The notes beneath the pieces are model-generated. The model had not been told where the DNA came from and did not search any database. It was given only the letters and a program-made list of their open reading frames with translations. The position numbers and the translations under genes are program-made. This document shows, in pieces, positions 59,842 to 64,000 of a DNA stretch of 64,000 nucleotides (position 1 is the first letter of the stretch; every line of letters starts with the position of its first letter). This stretch comes from a phage. The stretch lies in the sequence record PZ212788.1; one strand, 5' to 3'.

Positions 59842-60289
59842 TACTGTAGCGGGAGATTTAATCTCCCTTTTTAAGAGCGGTGCTGGTCACCTGATCCACG
59901 GTTGTAACTGCTTTCATACAATGGGTGCAGGCATAGCGAAAGATATTGCCCGTGAGTTCCCTCAAGCACTGGCAGCCGACAAAGAGACTGCCTATGGTAA
60001 TCTGGACAAGCTGGGTATGTTTTCTTGTTGGGAGCATTTTGCCAAGAACAGGGTCGTATATGGAATCAACCTGTATACCCAGTTCTACCCAGGGCCCAAT
60101 GCTGAATACTTCTCAATAATGAAAGGTTTTGAGCGAGTCAACGAGGTATTCAAAGGTGTGTCATTGCCGTTCTACATTCCTAAAATTGGATGCGGTATTG
60201 GCGGTCTAAAGTGGGAACATGTAGAAGATGTAATTAATCTTGCAACCACAGATATTGATGTGGTTGTAGTAGAGTACAAAAAGTGTTGA
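59831..60289 (+). CDS. macro domain protein (ADP-ribose binding/processing)
   Basis: HLIHGCNCFHTMGAGIAKDIA matches the macro-domain NAAN..L..GGGVA.AI region; later KIGCGIGGLKWEHV matches the G.GI.G motif; GTG start. Confidence 0.6.
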   Translation: MIIDTVAGDLISLFKSGAGHLIHGCNCFHTMGAGIAKDIAREFPQALAADKETAYGNLDKLGMFSCWEHFAKNRVVYGINLYTQFYPGPNAEYFSIMKGFERVNEVFKGVSLPFYIPKIGCGIGGLKWEHVEDVINLATTDIDVVVVEYKKC

Positions 60290-60343
60290 CGACCATCTTC
60301 TGAGGTGATATAGTTTCCACAACAACTAAGAGAGGAGAGCACT

Positions 60344-60514
60344 GTGGAGACTAAAATCTTAATTCTTGCTGTGGTAGATACAACCGAAGGAGCTATATTC
60401 GAATCTGCAGGGGGGTATTTCTACCTACCATACGGAAAAAGAACTTCCGAGCCAAGTAAAGATTCAATCCTCAAGGTGTTCCCGTGTGCTTTCTGGCTGG
60501 AGATTTTGGTATAA
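60344..60514 (+). CDS. small ORF (56 aa) not in supplied track
   Basis: GTG start 5 nt after AGAGGAGAG; open to TAA 60512-60514. Confidence 0.25.
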   Translation: METKILILAVVDTTEGAIFESAGGYFYLPYGKRTSEPSKDSILKVFPCAFWLEILV

Positions 60515-60540
60515 GATTGCAGAGGATTTGGGAGAGAATT

Positions 60541-60735
60541 ATGAGAAACAAGAAAGAGCTTTACTCTGGTGAGTGGATCAACGATCAACAGGTGGGAGAG
60601 GTAACCTGCTTCCGATGTTTTACCAGGTACAATCTTAAAACTGCACCAAAAAGTGTTCCAAAGACTGATGGTTATTACATAAAAGAACCTCATTGCCCAA
60701 AATGTAAATGCCGATTATACTGGAGTAACCTGTAA
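60541..60735 (+). CDS. small zinc-ribbon protein
   Basis: Start trimmed to ATG 60541; CFRCF ... CPKCKC pattern. Confidence 0.45.
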   Translation: MRNKKELYSGEWINDQQVGEVTCFRCFTRYNLKTAPKSVPKTDGYYIKEPHCPKCKCRLYWSNL

Positions 60736-60798
60736 AAGATTGACATCTGAAAACTGCAGTGTATAATATATGCATAAACTAACAGAGAGTGATGTATT

Positions 60799-60990
60799 AT
60801 GGTAATTTTTAACCGGGATGGTATCATAGTTAGACAGCACCCCTTCCTTGAATACTATCAAATTGAGCAATGGTGCTACGGGGATTGCAGTCACTCCTAC
60901 GGGCAAAGTTGGGGATATCGCACAGTTTTTGAATCAACAGATCTTGATAAAGTAAAACAGAAAGTTTTAGAACTTCTTAACAACAAGTGA
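60799..60990 (+). CDS. hypothetical protein
   Basis: 63 aa ORF. Confidence 0.35.
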   Translation: MVIFNRDGIIVRQHPFLEYYQIEQWCYGDCSHSYGQSWGYRTVFESTDLDKVKQKVLELLNNK

Positions 60991-61000
60991 GTATCGTGCC

Positions 61001-61333
61001 ATGGTAACTTTGGAAAGACGTAAAGCTATCGCCGCCACACTGGCAGACATCTTTTGGGATTGCAACTTAAAAGATACCCGAAATTGTGGTGCATCTGTAG
61101 ATGTATTATTCCCACGGCCTACTATTGTTGCAATGGGCAACCTGCTCGATGTGGTATATGGAGCATGGGACAAGGAAGGTGGATTCTATATCTGGCAACC
61201 TGACTACGGGACTTGGAAAGAGGTTAGTGGTTCTTCGGACTTCACTCCTGCAGTGGCTAAAATGGATGGCTGGAAAATCTATGTCGGTAACGACATGGAA
61301 CTGAAAGGCGAAATTGTTTACTGGTTACCTTAA
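61001..61333 (+). CDS. hypothetical protein
   Basis: 110 aa ORF. Confidence 0.4.
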   Translation: MVTLERRKAIAATLADIFWDCNLKDTRNCGASVDVLFPRPTIVAMGNLLDVVYGAWDKEGGFYIWQPDYGTWKEVSGSSDFTPAVAKMDGWKIYVGNDMELKGEIVYWLP

Positions 61334-61354
61334 GAAAGTCCAGGAGATAAAGTT

Positions 61355-61600
61355 ATGAACAAAGGGTGGACATTTGTAGACGGCGTTAAAAACATGCCTC
61401 TAGGAAAGTATATTGTAGCCATGGCAGATGAGAATGGAAAGGTTGATTTCGGAGTTTGCGAGGTTGTTCTTGCAGGATCTGGTGACTATGCTCACAAAAC
61501 TGGGATAATTAACGGTCATTTCTACTTTGATTACAACCCTGTTGTGGCGTATATGGCTATGCCAGAGTTCGAGCTCCCAAAGGAAGGTGCAGATGTTTAA
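61355..61600 (+). CDS. hypothetical protein
   Basis: 81 aa ORF with CAGGAGA RBS. Confidence 0.45.
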   Translation: MNKGWTFVDGVKNMPLGKYIVAMADENGKVDFGVCEVVLAGSGDYAHKTGIINGHFYFDYNPVVAYMAMPEFELPKEGADV

Positions 61601-61790
61601 GCTTAAATCTGCATGGAACATCGCTGTGGGGGACGAGATCCGTATCCCAGGTGGAAAGACCATTATGAAAATATCTCGTATCGAGTACGAAGGTGATCGT
61701 GTATTTCATATCTTTGCAGAAGATGGTCGAGAGATTTATATACAGGCAGGATCTCACATCTATATTCGTAAGAAAGAGGAGGACAAATGA
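61593..61790 (+). CDS. hypothetical protein
   Basis: Start trimmed to ATG 61593 (AAGGAAGG RBS). Confidence 0.4.
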   Translation: MFKLKSAWNIAVGDEIRIPGGKTIMKISRIEYEGDRVFHIFAEDGREIYIQAGSHIYIRKKEEDK

Positions 61791-62116
61791 CAGAGATCAT
61801 CATTTCAACTGCAGGGTATGTATTCCTGACAATCATTGCACTGGCTATTTTGGTGACAGTGTATGGGTTTGTTATCCTTCCTATCCTTGAGACATTTAGT
61901 TTGTGTCGGTGTTGGAGAAAAGCTTACGGTCCACAACCATGGAAGGACTGGCCCCACCTGGTGCGCTTAGCGTTCTCTTATGCTTACGATCACTCCAGTA
62001 GTGCATGCATAACCGGATACCACGCCCACAACTGGAGCTGGGAAGGGTTGAGGAAATGGAATGTTACAAAGACCATACCTCTGCGCATGTACAAACCTAA
62101 AAACAAAGACAACTGA
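61787..62116 (+). CDS. membrane protein
   Basis: N-terminal hydrophobic helix AGYVFLTIIALAILVTVYGFVILPIL; GAGGAGG RBS. Confidence 0.45.
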   Translation: MTEIIISTAGYVFLTIIALAILVTVYGFVILPILETFSLCRCWRKAYGPQPWKDWPHLVRLAFSYAYDHSSSACITGYHAHNWSWEGLRKWNVTKTIPLRMYKPKNKDN

Positions 62117-62640
62117 TACTTGAAAATTCCTGGCATATCAAGTATAAGGGGGATTTCTAAAATGGATTTCCTCCTTTTGATATTTCACCGGGCTGGATAT
62201 TTTAAAATTCTTAGAAAATCAGAAAATGGATCGAAAACTAAAATGGATTTTTCAGAGTAGGCGCGACAAGCTGAATAACTCATCCTATCGTTTGCACCAT
62301 ATTCCAGGCCACCATTATAGATTTCCCACACATGCTAACCTCTCTCTACTAGAACTTCCTCCACTTACCCTTGACCTTCTATGGTAACAATCTAACCGCT
62401 ATCTTGAAGTTGCGGTGCAGCTTTCCAGGTACTCGATCTACTTTTCATTTCAGGGCTTGGATTTTCTGAAAATTTTTCTCGATAAATTTCTCAGTACTCG
62501 ATCTGTTTTTCGTTTTCTGAATCGGATTTTCTGGAAATCGTTCCGGCTCTCAACCTGAAATTTTTGGGGACGAAATCGATTTTTCGTTTTCAGAAATGGA
62601 TTTTTAAAATTTCTATATGGGAATATTTTAGTGGATACTA
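62116..62640. repeat. repeat-dense non-coding region (iteron-like direct repeats and hairpin), candidate origin or terminus
   Basis: No ORF over about 600 bp; AAAATGGAT(T/C) at 62158, 62221, 62238, 62591; ACTCGATCT twice; GGATTTTCTG(A/G)AAAT twice; TTTCGTTTTC(T/A)GAA twice; inverted repeat ATACTTGA/TCAAGTAT at 62116-62145. Confidence 0.55.
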
Positions 62641-62665
62641 TTTTATAGTAAATTGTTACGGAGGG

Positions 62666-62683
62666 TAATTAGCGTGCTAATTA
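62666..62683. promoter_or_regulatory. perfect 8-2-8 palindrome TAATTAGC-GT-GCTAATTA (operator-like)
   Basis: Read directly from sequence; lies about 40 bp upstream of the first Fur-box-like site. Confidence 0.35.
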
Positions 62684-62720
62684 AATTTATTAAATGCGAG
62701 GAGTTCTCATTTAGAATTTT

Positions 62721-62735
62721 GAATGATAATCATTC
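62721..62735. promoter_or_regulatory. Fur-box-like palindrome GAATGATAATCATTC
   Basis: Perfect 7-1-7 palindrome; core AATGATAATCATT identical to the centre of the enterobacterial Fur box GATAATGATAATCATTATC. Confidence 0.5.
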
Positions 62736-62851
62736 TCGTTTGCAGAATAACGGGCAGGCCCGGTGATTGTCTCCCGGCCCCTGTTGCCCCGGCTTGTTAT
62801 TATAGTATCACACAGGACAAAGAAAGCAAGGATTTTTTGCATAAATTTTTA

Positions 62852-62866
62852 AATGATAATGATAAC
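62852..62866. promoter_or_regulatory. second Fur-box-like element AATGATAATGATAAC
   Basis: Tandem GATAAT/GATAAC hexamers, preceded by TTGCAT at 62837-62842; followed by TTCTC..TTT..TGCAG as after the first element. Confidence 0.4.
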
Positions 62867-63278
62867 CGTTCTCATTTTATGCAGCGCCCATCCCCAGTGG
62901 TTGTCTCCCCCGTCACCGGTGCCTGCCGTCCTTTCGATAGGTATATTGTGCCACCTGGCGGGGCCGCTGTCAACACCTTTCAAAAAAAAAAAATTATAAC
63001 CAGGTGCGCCCACTGCCAGGACCTGGCGGGGGAGAGTGAAAGCTTGCAAACCTGGTAGGGCTATGCTATAGGGTAGGCAACAACTGGAGAGGAGGTACAA
63101 AAATGAAAGGTAATATAATCCCCTGGAAAATGTAGCGACTAATGACGCTGAGGCTATCGCCATGGTTGAAAAGGCTATGGCGGGAGCGTTGGAACATAAA
63201 GAAGAGTACGAAAAAATGGTGGTTAACCTGGCGGGGGCGGCAGGTGGATTCTATCATAAAAATAATTTAAAATAGTCG

Positions 63279-63306
63279 TTGACAACAAGGTTAATCATGG
63301 TATTAT
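63279..63306 (+). promoter_or_regulatory. strong sigma70-like promoter (TTGACA-16-TGgTATTAT)
   Basis: Consensus -35, extended -10 TGg TATTAT 63298-63306; about 50 nt upstream of ATG 63357. Confidence 0.6.
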
Positions 63307-63356
63307 TACCCTACAAGGTGAACAACACCGCACTAACCAGTAAAGAGGATAAATTT

Positions 63357-63554
63357 ATGAACGCATACGGGATCAAAGTACGTCGCAACACTCGCCAGGT
63401 GGTCACCAATCAAGTGATTTGCCGGGTGGATGTAACCATCAACAACGGGCAAGGCCTTTATAAATTTCGTCGCGGTCATAGCTATACCCTGCAACAGCTT
63501 AATCGTTGCGCCCTGACAAAAGGTCAGATCAACCACTGGTTTAATAAAAAATAA
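63357..63554 (+). CDS. small basic protein (66 aa)
   Basis: Track ORF trimmed to ATG 63357 (AGAGGA RBS) downstream of promoter. Confidence 0.45.
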   Translation: MNAYGIKVRRNTRQVVTNQVICRVDVTINNGQGLYKFRRGHSYTLQQLNRCALTKGQINHWFNKK

Positions 63555-63557
63555 GTA

Positions 63558-63586
63558 TTGACATACAGTCAGACACCAAATACACT
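63558..63586 (+). promoter_or_regulatory. sigma70-like promoter (TTGACA-17-TACACT)
   Basis: Consensus -35 63558-63563; -10 63581-63586; upstream of ATG 63619. Confidence 0.5.
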
Positions 63587-63618
63587 AAAAGCACAAAAGA
63601 CACTAAGAGGATAAAATC

Positions 63619-63999
63619 ATGAAAACCACTACCTTTAATTTTGATAATGCAGACTTTTCTTTTTCTGATGTCAAGAACTGCCGCCGTGATCGTGGATTTT
63701 ACAAGGCTTATAATCTGGTGGGCCTGGACGATGACAATAATTTGCACGAAGTAGCTGAGATCCGGTATTATGCCGCCGCCAGCGGGAACACTTACTACTG
63801 CGTTTTTTGGATACACGACAACAAGAACAACAAGTACGGCTATACTGGCGGCAAGGCGAGCGGTCACGGTTATGATAAAGCTAACGCAGCACTTGAGAGC
63901 GCATTAAATGCTATGGGGATCACTGCCGACGGCTGGATCTACGAAGAAGAGTTTTTGTCGGCACTTGCTGACCACCTAGGCTATAAAAAGCACATTGTA
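63619..63999 (+). CDS. hypothetical protein, 3' end beyond window
   Basis: ATG 63619 with AGAGGA RBS; open frame (MKTTTFNFDNADFSFSDVKN...) runs to window end; not in supplied track because no stop codon. Confidence 0.45.
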   Translation, partial: MKTTTFNFDNADFSFSDVKNCRRDRGFYKAYNLVGLDDDNNLHEVAEIRYYAAASGNTYYCVFWIHDNKNNKYGYTGGKASGHGYDKANAALESALNAMGITADGWIYEEEFLSALADHLGYKKHIV

Positions 64000-64000
64000 A

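Noticed and set aside
60290-60540. Possible tRNA suggested by a TTCGAATC T-loop-like string in a 250 bp gap
   Set aside because: No complementary T-stem, acceptor stem or CCA context could be built around it; the region instead holds a 56 aa ORF with a good RBS (60344-60514)
62723-63163. Track ORFs 62723-63058 (+) and 62849-63163 (-) in the Fur-box region
   Set aside because: Pro/Gly/Cys-rich translations spanning palindromes and a homopolymer A tract, no RBS; the region reads as regulatory or non-coding
63279-63554. Full-length track ORF 63279-63554 (91 aa) as the gene
   Set aside because: Its 5' part overlaps the consensus promoter; trimmed to ATG 63357 with RBS, giving a 66 aa product
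1-64000. Prophage or integrative element, CRISPR array, rRNA/tRNA genes
   Set aside because: No integrase, recombinase, repressor cassette, attachment-site repeats, CRISPR repeat-spacer periodicity or RNA gene signatures were seen; gene content is that of a virulent phage

Overview
This 64 kb window reads as part of a large virulent tailed-phage genome (about 45% GC, no integrase, no tRNA, no CRISPR). All calls rest on motif reading of the supplied translations and DNA; no database search was run. Layout: (1) 1-29406, a rightward late tail/baseplate/fibre module with an unusually large set of fibre or spike-like proteins, including a lambda J-like central fibre, a 1270 aa fibre with a C-terminal intramolecular chaperone, two paralogous fibres and a 1875 aa Ig-domain giant; (2) a convergent bidirectional terminator at 29417-29449; (3) 29454-36156, a leftward block of 13 mostly small early genes including a HExxH metallopeptidase-VWA protein and a HAD-like phosphatase; (4) back-to-back divergent sigma70-like promoters at 36188-36258; (5) 36299-62116, a rightward early/replication module (MoxR-like AAA ATPase, signal-peptide cell-wall hydrolase, GHKL ATPase, Pif1-like helicase, C5-methyltransferase-like enzyme, primase-helicase, family A DNA polymerase, three HNH-type endonucleases, an SSB-like protein, a macro-domain protein and a tandem array of small paralogous proteins); (6) 62116-63300, a repeat-dense non-coding region with Fur-box-like palindromes, followed by consensus promoters driving further small genes. 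The most interesting candidates are the macro-domain protein, the small-protein paralogue array, the variant C5-methyltransferase-like enzyme, the split AAA/VWA-metallopeptidase pair, and the iteron/Fur-box region. Several track ORF starts were trimmed to internal ATG/GTG/TTG codons with a Shine-Dalgarno sequence.
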